Source of the DNA: Fervidobacterium sp.
GTDB taxonomy: Bacteria > Thermotogota > Thermotogae > Thermotogales > Fervidobacteriaceae
Assembly (NCBI GenBank): GCA_049970055.1
Contig: JBMFNR010000003.1
Span: 165,140-229,139, forward strand
Direction: 5' to 3'
Length of the DNA stretch: 64,000 bases
Below are positions 29,692 to 38,578 of this stretch, piece by piece; position 1 is the first letter of the stretch, and each line of letters starts with the position of its first letter. A program made the translations under genes and the position numbers. The notes beneath the pieces are model-generated. The model saw nothing but the letters and a program-made list of their open reading frames with translations, did not search any database and had not been told where the DNA came from.

Positions 29692-31359
29692 ATGAAACAG
29701 AGTGAATACATTTTATCTAACGATGTTGATTGCAAGTACTGCTATAAATGTCTTAGAAGTTGTCCTGTAAAAGCCATTTGCTTCCATAATGATAAGTCTT
29801 ACGTTATTGAAGATGAATGCATACTTTGTGGAACATGTACCAATGTATGTCCTCAAAACGCAAAGGTTTACAGAAGTGATATATTGGAATTTGAAAATCT
29901 ACTTGGTAAACCGTTTGCTGTTTCTATCGCCCCATCGTTATACGGCAATTTTGATTCACCTTCGAAGGTTTTCTCGGTACTAAAAGAATTGGGAGCAGTC
30001 TATATTTCGGAAACAGCGGTTGGTGCAGAGTTTATTACTGATGAATACTTAAGAATTTATAAAGAAGTTGACAAACCTTTTATTACCACATCTTGCCCAG
30101 TTGTAGTAAACTTGGTTGAGAAACATTATCCGCAGTTTTTGCATTACTTACTTCCAGTTGTTTCACCAGCTGTTGCACATGCTAAATTCCTTAACTGTAT
30201 CTTGGGTGATATTCATAAAATATTCATAGGTCCTTGTATAGCCAAAAAAGAGGAACTTAGAGAGTATTTTGATGTTGTATTGACTTTTGAAGAACTTGAT
30301 GAATTTTTCAGACGGCACCAAATTAACGTAACGAGCTATAAAGATCATACTCCAGATCCTCCATATCCAGATAGTTCACGCATGTACCCCATATCAGGTG
30401 GAATCTTATTTTCCGCTAAAATGTCTTCCTATGCACACTTTGTTCTTGAAGGTGTAGAAAATATAATAGATTTTTTTAAAACATTTGACGCTATGATCGA
30501 TAGTATAAGCGGTGTGAATAATAAAATAATCATCGAAGCTTCTGCCTGCTACGGTGGTTGTTTGAATGGTCCCGCTTCGATTAAAAAAAACTTACTTGAA
30601 AAAAAATTTGCATTAGTCAACACAGTAAAACACATTACTAATTCTACCGATGAAAATAAAAAACTTAAAATAAGAAATTACAACTTTTCTTTGAGAAGGC
30701 ACTTTGCCAATAAAAAGCAATTTTATAGTATCACGGAGGAACAGATTAAGGAAATACTTAAAAGTATGGGAAAGAATCAGCCAGACAAAGAATTAAATTG
30801 TCGCGGTTGTGGATACGAAACATGTCAAGATAAGGCTAAAGCAGTTTATCTTGGAAAAGCTGAAAAAGAGATGTGTTTTGCTTATCTGATAGAAAAAGTT
30901 TCATCTGTGTCTAACAAGGTTGTTGATGAATCTCCAAACGGCATTATCATATTCGATGCAGAAAAGGTAAAATACATGAATCCTTCGGCAAAAAAACTTT
31001 TTGGTCAATATACAGATGATAGAGCATTAGATATATGCTATCGAATATTCAATGAACCCGACAGAATACATGAACTGTATATTGGTGGTTCAAAATATTA
31101 TTTTTATCCAAAAGTCTTCCAACTTCCAGAAGACAGTGGAAATGTAGTATTACTTGTTGATGTAACAGAAATGGTTCTCCAAAGAGAAAAACTCAATGAG
31201 TTAAAAAAAAGAACTATCGAAAAGATTGATGAGGTTCTAAACAATCAGATGAAGCTTGCACAAGATATAGCAAGTTTGCTCGGTGAGTCTATCGCCGAGA
31301 CTAAAGCACACTTTTTGGAGTTTAAAAAATACATGGGTGAAGATTATGATGACATGTGA
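29692..31359 (+). CDS. hydS: Putative sensory [FeFe] hydrogenase (group C, HydS/HfsB-like) with 2x[4Fe-4S], H-domain, FeS domain and PAS
   Basis: CKYCYKCLRSC and CILCGTCTNVC; TTSCP; GPCIAKKEE; EASACYGGCLNG; CRGCGYETC; PAS-like VDESPNGII...YMNPSA; C-terminal helix. Confidence 0.85.
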   Translation: MKQSEYILSNDVDCKYCYKCLRSCPVKAICFHNDKSYVIEDECILCGTCTNVCPQNAKVYRSDILEFENLLGKPFAVSIAPSLYGNFDSPSKVFSVLKELGAVYISETAVGAEFITDEYLRIYKEVDKPFITTSCPVVVNLVEKHYPQFLHYLLPVVSPAVAHAKFLNCILGDIHKIFIGPCIAKKEELREYFDVVLTFEELDEFFRRHQINVTSYKDHTPDPPYPDSSRMYPISGGILFSAKMSSYAHFVLEGVENIIDFFKTFDAMIDSISGVNNKIIIEASACYGGCLNGPASIKKNLLEKKFALVNTVKHITNSTDENKKLKIRNYNFSLRRHFANKKQFYSITEEQIKEILKSMGKNQPDKELNCRGCGYETCQDKAKAVYLGKAEKEMCFAYLIEKVSSVSNKVVDESPNGIIIFDAEKVKYMNPSAKKLFGQYTDDRALDICYRIFNEPDRIHELYIGGSKYYFYPKVFQLPEDSGNVVLLVDVTEMVLQREKLNELKKRTIEKIDEVLNNQMKLAQDIASLLGESIAETKAHFLEFKKYMGEDYDDM

Positions 31360-32485
31360 GGTACATTTCGCTCAGAAAAATAAAGAGGGCGAGGAAGTTT
31401 GCGGAGATACAGTAAAAATCAAAAGAAGTGAAGAAAAAACTGTCGTAAGTGTTTCTGACGGGCTTGGGAGTGGTATCAAAGCAAGCATACTTTCAACACT
31501 TACAGCCTCTATGGCTACTACGATGGTTTTCAGTAAGGTACCGATTGAAGAAGTGTTTTCGTCGATAGTTTCAACACTTCCAACTTGTAAAGTTAGGGGT
31601 ATAAGTTATTCCACCCTAGCCACAGTGAGTGTAGATCACCGAACTGGAGTGTGTGAGATATACGAATATGATTTTCCAGTTATTTTAATTTACAGAAATA
31701 GTGAATTAGTGAACATTGAAAAAACATCAGTTGAGATTAAGGGGAGAAAAATATACTGTTCAAAATTCGTATCTCAACCAGGGGATCTAATTTTTCTGAT
31801 GACTGATGGTATTACACAAGCAGGTATGGGAACAAAACGTTTTCCATTTGGGTTTGGCATAGAAAATGTTAAATTTGAGCTAAGTAATCTCATCAAACAC
31901 AAGGTTTCCCTTGAAAGCATCACGCAACATCTTGTAAGACTAGCACGAGCTTTGGATTCCGGGACAAAAGGTGATGATGCAACGGTCTGTGTAATTAATG
32001 TAAGAGAGAGAAAGAACCTCACAATAATGGTGGGACCACCAGAAAAGAAAGAAAACGATACCGTCGTTGTTCAAAAATTATTAAGTGCAGATGGTAAAAA
32101 AATAATTTGTGGTGGCACAACAAGTCAGATAGTGGAAAGAATCATCGGAAGAAAGGTTGAAATAGACTTTTCAAGTATCTCTGAGATATCTCCCCCCACA
32201 GGGTACATGGAGGGTATTGACCTGGTAACCGAAGGCATTATTACACTTTCTCAAGTCTTCAGATATTACGAATCACAATCAAACGAATTAGGCATAGGAG
32301 CACAAAAAATTATAGACATGCTTGAAGAGGCTGATTTAGTAAAGTTTTTAGTTGGACGGGCTATCAATCCTGCGCACCAGAACCCACTTTTTTCGCACGA
32401 CATCTCTCTTAAATTCAGGTTGATTCACGACATTGCTCAAATATTACAAAAGAAGGGTAAGATAGTATGTATAGAGTACTTTTAA
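31346..32485 (+). CDS. SpoIIE/PP2C-family Ser/Thr protein phosphatase (HfsC-like)
   Basis: VCGD, SDGLGSG, MTDGI, DDATV. Overlaps the hydS stop. Confidence 0.9.
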   Translation: MMTCEVHFAQKNKEGEEVCGDTVKIKRSEEKTVVSVSDGLGSGIKASILSTLTASMATTMVFSKVPIEEVFSSIVSTLPTCKVRGISYSTLATVSVDHRTGVCEIYEYDFPVILIYRNSELVNIEKTSVEIKGRKIYCSKFVSQPGDLIFLMTDGITQAGMGTKRFPFGFGIENVKFELSNLIKHKVSLESITQHLVRLARALDSGTKGDDATVCVINVRERKNLTIMVGPPEKKENDTVVVQKLLSADGKKIICGGTTSQIVERIIGRKVEIDFSSISEISPPTGYMEGIDLVTEGIITLSQVFRYYESQSNELGIGAQKIIDMLEEADLVKFLVGRAINPAHQNPLFSHDISLKFRLIHDIAQILQKKGKIVCIEYF

Positions 32486-32513
32486 CAAATACCAAGCGAA
32501 TAACAAAATAACA

Positions 32514-32546
32514 TAAGTGAGTGTTTTTACACTCACTTAAATTTTT
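32514..32546 (+). terminator. Intrinsic terminator closing the hydrogenase-sensor operon
   Basis: TAAGTGAGTGT-TTTT-ACACTCACTTA followed by AATTTTT. Confidence 0.75.
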
Positions 32547-32622
32547 CTATTAAAGTGATATAATTTTATAATGGTTGGTGAAACAATTTTGCCAACGAGC
32601 AACCATAGGAGTGTGAAAAACT

Positions 32623-33654
32623 ATGGATTTAGGAGAAAGTATCACACTAGTAGAAAACAAAATTGAGCAGATATGTAATGATTTAATAGAACTATCCCCT
32701 ATTGACCTTCGCAAATTACTGTTGCATTTCAAAGAGTTCACATTAAGGCCCGGAAAGCGAATCAGACCGCTTCTTTTACTCACTTCATATATCGGTTACG
32801 GGGGAAAAAATTATGAAGATGCGCTCACTCTTGCTGCCGTTCTTGAAATTATGCATTCTTTTTTGCTTGTACACGATGATATAATCGATAACTCCGAATT
32901 TAGGAGGGGAAAACCAACACTACATAAAATCTACGAAAAGATGTATAACTCTGAAAAACTTGGTAAAGACCTTGCAATTGTTGTTGGTGATATCGTTGGA
33001 TTTCAAATGATTGGTATCCTATCACAATTAGATACAGATGAAACTACCTTAAGAAGGTTAGTTAAGAGTTTTTCTGAATGCTATGTGAATACTGGTTTTG
33101 GACAACTCTTAGATGTGCTAGTAACGGGAAGAATCGATCGCACTTATATTCAAGGGGACATTCCAGAATATATAAGTGAGCTTAAAACGGCGTATTATAC
33201 TTTAGTGTATCCTATTCTGTTAGGTTATTATCTGTCTGGAAAATACGATGAAGAGGAGATATCAAATATATTTCATGTAGGAAAAAACGCTGGAATTGCA
33301 TTCCAATACAGAGACGATATCATCGGAATATTCGGCGGAGACGCAAAAAGTCTTAACGACTTGCACGAAGGGAAGCTAACTTCTATTGTTAAATTGACTT
33401 ATGAATCATTGAACGAAAGACATAAAGAACAGTTTTTACATGTGATCTCTAAAAGTGAGAAGACGCCCGAAGATATAGAGTATTTGAAACTTATGATAAA
33501 GCAAACCAATGCCGTTGATAAGCTCCTAAATAAGATAAATAGGCTCTTAGACGAAAGTGTTTCGTATATTGAAAAACTAAAAATTACCAAAGAATCGAAA
33601 GATACACTACTCAGATTGATAAACAAAATCAGAGAAGTACCAAACTGTAACTAA
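32623..33654 (+). CDS. Polyprenyl diphosphate synthase (short-chain, GGPP synthase-like)
   Basis: GKRIRP, HDDIID...RRG, GQLLD, KTAYY, FQYRDD. Confidence 0.92.
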   Translation: MDLGESITLVENKIEQICNDLIELSPIDLRKLLLHFKEFTLRPGKRIRPLLLLTSYIGYGGKNYEDALTLAAVLEIMHSFLLVHDDIIDNSEFRRGKPTLHKIYEKMYNSEKLGKDLAIVVGDIVGFQMIGILSQLDTDETTLRRLVKSFSECYVNTGFGQLLDVLVTGRIDRTYIQGDIPEYISELKTAYYTLVYPILLGYYLSGKYDEEEISNIFHVGKNAGIAFQYRDDIIGIFGGDAKSLNDLHEGKLTSIVKLTYESLNERHKEQFLHVISKSEKTPEDIEYLKLMIKQTNAVDKLLNKINRLLDESVSYIEKLKITKESKDTLLRLINKIREVPNCN

Positions 33655-33689
33655 ATTCTCGAATCTGCCTTTGATTTGGAGGTGAAATT

Positions 33690-35846
33690 TTGGCAGATTA
33701 CCCATTTCAGTATAGGAATCCACCGTCTTCGGTAGAACTAAAGACAAAAAGGGGTTATCCAAGATTGGGAGTAACACCCGATGAAACAGGTGTTAACTTT
33801 GCTATATTCTCACGCAATGCAACGAGCGTGACTCTTGAACTGTACCAAAATTATTACGATCAATCACCATCTCATGTGTTTGTTCTCGACCCCGTTAAGA
33901 ACAAGACAGGTGACATTTGGCATATATACGTTTATGGCGTAGGTCATGGGCAGTACTATGGCTGGAGAATTGATGGCCCGTACGACCCTATAAACGGTAA
34001 AAGATTTAACAAGTACAAGCTTCTTGTTGATCCTTACGCAAAGGCGATTACAACATTCTTCGATTGGGATGATGATGCTGTTTATGGGTACGACAGGAAC
34101 TCTCCACTTCAAGATCTTTCTTTTTCCACAATAGATTCTGCTCAAAGCATGGTGCGATCAATTGTGATAGATGATTCTAAGTATGATTGGGAAGATGACA
34201 AGCAGCTTCACATCCCGTGGAATGAAACAATAATATATGAGATGCACGTTCGATTGTTTACCATAAGTCCAACGTCCAAAGTCAAGTACCCTGGAACATT
34301 CCTGGGAATAATAGAGAAACTTGATCACTTAAAAGAACTCGGAGTTACGACTATTGAACTCATGCCGATTTTTGAATTTAATCTCGATTCTAATGCAAAC
34401 GTTAACCCATTGACTGGGGAACGGTTAAAAGATGTCTGGGGGTATAATCCTCTGAATTTCTTTGCTGTTACAGGGAACTATTCTATTGGTCTTAAACTTG
34501 GCGAGCAGGTATTTTTGTTCAAAGACTTTGTAAAAGCACTCCATAAAAACGGATTCGAAGTAATACTGGATGTTGTTTACAACCACACTGGAGAAGGTGG
34601 TGAAAAAGGTCCAACGCTGTGTTTCAAAGGTATAGATAATGAGATATATTACATGTTAAACCCAGGTAACAAGAGATACTATTTGAACTATTCTGGTTGT
34701 GGCAATACGATGAATTGCAATCATCCAGTAGTTAAAGAAATGATCATTGACAGTCTACGTTACTGGGCAACGGAAATGCACGTTGATGGTTTCAGGTTTG
34801 ACCTTGCTTCTGTGCTTGGTAGAACACCTGACGGTGCATGGGTAGGTGATTTATCACTTTTGAAAGACATCTCAGAAGACCCGATTGTTGGAAAACTGAA
34901 GCTTATAGCCGAGGGGTGGGATGCCGCAGGTGGTTATTTTCTCGGACAATTCCCAGAAGGTTGGGCGGAATGGAATGGAAAATACAGAGACTGTGTAAGA
35001 AGATTTGTTCGTGGTGACGAAGGTGTTATTCAAGAATTAACGTTAAGGATATCCGGAAGCCCAGATTTGTACGCAAATAGGAAACCGCATGCGAGTATAA
35101 ATTTCATTACTTGTCATGACGGATTCACGATGAGGGATTTAGTCTCTTACAATCACAAACATAACGAGGCAAACGGAGAAGGGAATAAAGATGGGGCAGA
35201 CGAGAACTTTAGTTACAATTACGGTGTCGAAGGTGATACAAATGATCCTCAAATAACAAAGCTACGCAAACAACAAATTAAAAATTTCTTTACTATACTT
35301 ATGGTTTCACACGGTACACCGATGATATTGATGGGTGACGAGATGTTCAGAACGCAAAAAGGGAACAACAATGCTTACTGCCTTGATGATGAAACAACTT
35401 GGGTTGATTGGACACTAAAGGAAAGGCATAGAGATCTTTTTGAGTTCGTCAAGAAGATAATACACTTCAGAAAAGCTCATCCAGCGTTGAAAAGAGAGTG
35501 TTTCTTTCAAAAGTACGATAAATTTGGGAATCAAATAACTGATATAACCTGGCACGGTGTGAATCCATTCGAACCAGACTTAGGTTATCACTCGCACTCC
35601 ATAGCTTTCATGATCTCTGGATTTGACCCTGTAAAGGGTACACAAATAGACAACGACATTTTCGTGGTACTAAACCAATGGAAAGAGCCACTTCGCTTTA
35701 TAATACCACCTCTTTACGGAAAAAAATGGTATAGGATTGTCGATACGGCGCAGGATTTTCCGAATGATTTCTTGGACACTCCAACTGAAATTCAGGGTCA
35801 CTACGTTGCTCACCCTCATAGTAGTGTTATTTTGATATCTCAGTAA
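33690..35846 (+). CDS. glgX: Glycogen debranching enzyme/isoamylase (GH13)
   Basis: DPYAKA, WGYNP, DVVYNHT, DGFRFDLA, AEGWD, CHDGFT, GNNNAYC. Confidence 0.95.
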   Translation: MADYPFQYRNPPSSVELKTKRGYPRLGVTPDETGVNFAIFSRNATSVTLELYQNYYDQSPSHVFVLDPVKNKTGDIWHIYVYGVGHGQYYGWRIDGPYDPINGKRFNKYKLLVDPYAKAITTFFDWDDDAVYGYDRNSPLQDLSFSTIDSAQSMVRSIVIDDSKYDWEDDKQLHIPWNETIIYEMHVRLFTISPTSKVKYPGTFLGIIEKLDHLKELGVTTIELMPIFEFNLDSNANVNPLTGERLKDVWGYNPLNFFAVTGNYSIGLKLGEQVFLFKDFVKALHKNGFEVILDVVYNHTGEGGEKGPTLCFKGIDNEIYYMLNPGNKRYYLNYSGCGNTMNCNHPVVKEMIIDSLRYWATEMHVDGFRFDLASVLGRTPDGAWVGDLSLLKDISEDPIVGKLKLIAEGWDAAGGYFLGQFPEGWAEWNGKYRDCVRRFVRGDEGVIQELTLRISGSPDLYANRKPHASINFITCHDGFTMRDLVSYNHKHNEANGEGNKDGADENFSYNYGVEGDTNDPQITKLRKQQIKNFFTILMVSHGTPMILMGDEMFRTQKGNNNAYCLDDETTWVDWTLKERHRDLFEFVKKIIHFRKAHPALKRECFFQKYDKFGNQITDITWHGVNPFEPDLGYHSHSIAFMISGFDPVKGTQIDNDIFVVLNQWKEPLRFIIPPLYGKKWYRIVDTAQDFPNDFLDTPTEIQGHYVAHPHSSVILISQ

Positions 35847-35902
35847 GCCTAGTAAATTCAATAAACGTAGTAAAAATGTTGAATTTGGAAGGAGTGGTTT
35901 AA

Positions 35903-36478
35903 TTGTCAATATTACTGGTTTTGCTAATCGCAGTATTAGGAGCTTATCTAAGCAATATCGTTAATAGTCTGGTATTGTCAAGAATGGTGATTATCATCTC
36001 TTTGATTTCTTTAGGCTTTTTCCTAAGCAATCCTGTTGTTGGTTCATTGATTTCAATAATTTTATTTTTTTCAAGAACGATTTATACGCCTGCGAAAGAT
36101 GATCCATTAATTGATATCAAATGTTATCTTCTCAACAAAGCATTATTGAAAAGCCAGACATATTTGATGCTTTTATTCACAGGTGGTTTCTTCACAGGTT
36201 TGATTTTACCCGCTATCAAGAACTATCCTTTACCGATTAGTATCTTCACTTTTCTGATCGTTTTCTTAGTTTACATAGTTGAATATTCGAATATGAAAAG
36301 CTTTGAAGAGAAAATAAAAAAGGCCAGACAAGATTCTGACCCTATCGAAGCCTTAAGGTACGCATTTGAACTGATGTTACCTCCATTTAAAGAAATTAAT
36401 TCCGAAGAAATGATTAAAAATCGCTTAGAGTTTTGGAAAAATGTTCAGCAAAAGCGTAAATCAAAACAGTCTCATTAA
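35903..36478 (+). CDS. Hypothetical membrane protein
   Basis: TTG after AGGAG; several TM segments and a charged C-terminus. Confidence 0.7.
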   Translation: MSILLVLLIAVLGAYLSNIVNSLVLSRMVIIISLISLGFFLSNPVVGSLISIILFFSRTIYTPAKDDPLIDIKCYLLNKALLKSQTYLMLLFTGGFFTGLILPAIKNYPLPISIFTFLIVFLVYIVEYSNMKSFEEKIKKARQDSDPIEALRYAFELMLPPFKEINSEEMIKNRLEFWKNVQQKRKSKQSH

Positions 36479-36870
36479 AAAGCTTTTAAATTTTCAACAA
36501 TGAACTCCATCTCAACTGGTGCATTCTTCGGTAAGCTTTGAACGCCTACAGTGCTTCTCGCAGGGTACTTATCGGTGTACTTCTTGAAGAAGCTTTCATA
36601 GCATTCGTTTATTTTGCTGAACTCATCAATTTTTGTTGTAAATATAGTTGATTTAATAACACTTCTTGGGGTAAGATTAATCTCGCCTAACATGCTTTCG
36701 AGGTTTTTCAGGATTTGCTCAGTCGCCTTTCGAATGTCATCGACGATAAGTTCACCTGTTTCAGGAACAATTGGTAGAATACCAGAGAAAAATATTAAAT
36801 TACCACTCTTAACAGCTGATGAATATGGACCAACCGCTTTTGGACCAGAGTTAAAATTTAGCACTTCCAT
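36475..36870 (-). CDS. ridA: RidA/YjgF family enamine deaminase
   Basis: AVGPYS, FFSG, PARSTVGV, LPK..VEME. Confidence 0.9.
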   Translation of the reverse strand: MEVLNFNSGPKAVGPYSSAVKSGNLIFFSGILPIVPETGELIVDDIRKATEQILKNLESMLGEINLTPRSVIKSTIFTTKIDEFSKINECYESFFKKYTDKYPARSTVGVQSLPKNAPVEMEFIVENLKAF

Positions 36871-36885
36871 TATACGTCACCTCCA

Positions 36886-37587
36886 TTAGTTTTTTAAAGA
36901 AGAAAAGTCATTTACTACACGTTCTTTGTACAATTTTATACCGTCGTATACATCACCATCGAAGATAATCTTACCTTTGTCAATTACCAGACATCTATCA
37001 CTTATTTGCGAAAATAGATTCAGCTCATGGGTTGCTACTACTATACCTTTCCCTGCTTCTTTAAGCTTGAAAATTGCATTTAAAACTTCTTTCTTTCCGT
37101 TTTTATCAACCATCGCAGTTACTTCATCTAAAAGCAAGAACTCAGGCTCCAAAGCAAGTATAGATGCTATTGCAAGCCTTTGCTTTTGTCCGCCGGATAG
37201 ATAATACGGATCGTAATTCTTCAGATGGGATAACTCGAGCAATTCCAAAACGTAGTTGGCCTTTTCGTTAATTTCTTCTTTATTCAACCCAATATTTTCG
37301 AGACCGAAAATAACGTCCTCCCAAACTGTACTACCTATGATCTGAGTCTCAGGATTTTGGAATACATATCCGGTTAGCAACGAAATATTATCGTATCCGT
37401 TCGGTATTACGATATCGCCACTTGTCGGTTCAACGATTCCCGATAGAATTTTTAGTAACGTTGATTTACCAGAACCATTTGAACCAATGACCATGACCAC
37501 CTCTCCAATGACAAAAGTTGTGGAAATACCTTTAAGTATGGACTTATTATTCGAGGAAAATGTTATATTTCTTAACCTTATCTCCAC
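36886..37587 (-). CDS. ecfA: ECF transporter ATP-binding protein (EcfA/CbiO)
   Basis: GSNGSGKST, VFQNPETQ, LSGGQKQR, LLDE. Confidence 0.85.
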   Translation of the reverse strand: MEIRLRNITFSSNNKSILKGISTTFVIGEVVMVIGSNGSGKSTLLKILSGIVEPTSGDIVIPNGYDNISLLTGYVFQNPETQIIGSTVWEDVIFGLENIGLNKEEINEKANYVLELLELSHLKNYDPYYLSGGQKQRLAIASILALEPEFLLLDEVTAMVDKNGKKEVLNAIFKLKEAGKGIVVATHELNLFSQISDRCLVIDKGKIIFDGDVYDGIKLYKERVVNDFSSLKN

Positions 37588-37656
37588 CCTTTACCACTCT
37601 CCAAAGTATATGATACCATATATCATGGAAAAATAAAGTCAAAGGAGGGAAAACAC

Positions 37657-38529
37657 ATGGTTGGAGTCGACTTAAAAGAGCAGATTAAGGAATACATACT
37701 ATCGACTATCGGGGTACTTTTAACAGCTCTCGGACTTGTCATATTCTTCATTCCAAACAATATAGCGGCAGGTGGTGCAAGCGGAATTGCTATGATTATT
37801 CACAAATTCACACCCTCAATTCCGGTAGGAGCGTGGATGTACATTATAAACATCTTGCTTTTCATACTCGGCTTTCTGTTAGTTGGCAAAGATTTTAGTT
37901 TCAAAACTATTTACTCCACATTTGCTCTAAACTTTTTTGTTGATTTCTTCGATCGCATCGTAAACATCCCAAAATACACGGGTGATGATTTAATGCTTGC
38001 AGTATTCTTTGGGAACATACTTGCATCGGTCGGAATGGCAATTGCGTTTGCGAATAACTCTTCAACTGGTGGAACAGATATAATCGCAAAAATCATCTCG
38101 AAATATTTCCACACACCGTTAGGTACCACACTTCTCATGGTTGACTTTTCCATAGGTATTTTGGCAGGTATTACTTTTGATGCTCGAATAGGTATGTATG
38201 CTCTCTTAGCAATTATAGTTAATGGTATCACCATTGATTTTGTAATGAAAGGTCTTGAACTTTCGACAACTCTGATGATCATATCCGAGAAAACAGACGA
38301 AATAAAAAAGTACGTACTTGAACATATGGAGAGAGGTGCAACGATCCTTAAAGCCAAAGGTGCTTATACAGGAAAAGATTTTGATGTATTGTATATCGCA
38401 CTGAAAAGAAGGGAAGTAGGAGAGATATTAACCGTCATAAAACGAATCGATCCTGATGCATTTGTTATAGTCATCGAAGCAAGGTATGTTCTAGGCGAAG
38501 GATTTAAAAAAATCGATAAGATAATCTAA
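37657..38529 (+). CDS. YitT family membrane protein (with DUF2179-like C-terminus)
   Basis: GGASG, STGGTDI, RGAT..KAKGAYTG, IDPDAFV. Confidence 0.9.
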   Translation: MVGVDLKEQIKEYILSTIGVLLTALGLVIFFIPNNIAAGGASGIAMIIHKFTPSIPVGAWMYIINILLFILGFLLVGKDFSFKTIYSTFALNFFVDFFDRIVNIPKYTGDDLMLAVFFGNILASVGMAIAFANNSSTGGTDIIAKIISKYFHTPLGTTLLMVDFSIGILAGITFDARIGMYALLAIIVNGITIDFVMKGLELSTTLMIISEKTDEIKKYVLEHMERGATILKAKGAYTGKDFDVLYIALKRREVGEILTVIKRIDPDAFVIVIEARYVLGEGFKKIDKII

Positions 38530-38531
38530 GG

Positions 38532-38571
38532 AAAAAGCCCAAGGGTACTCCCTTGGGCTTGTTTTATTTTT
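38532..38571. terminator. Bidirectional intrinsic terminator
   Basis: AAAAAGCCCAAGGG-TACT-CCCTTGGGCTT followed by a T-rich run, between convergent genes. Confidence 0.85.
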
Positions 38572-38578
38572 AATCACC

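Noticed and set aside
32572..32612. Alternative pairings (GTTGG/CCAAC and ATGGTTG/CAACCAT) upstream of the prenyl synthase SD
   Set aside because: Short and overlapping the probable -10 region, so they may not be transcribed; no match to a riboswitch I recognise.
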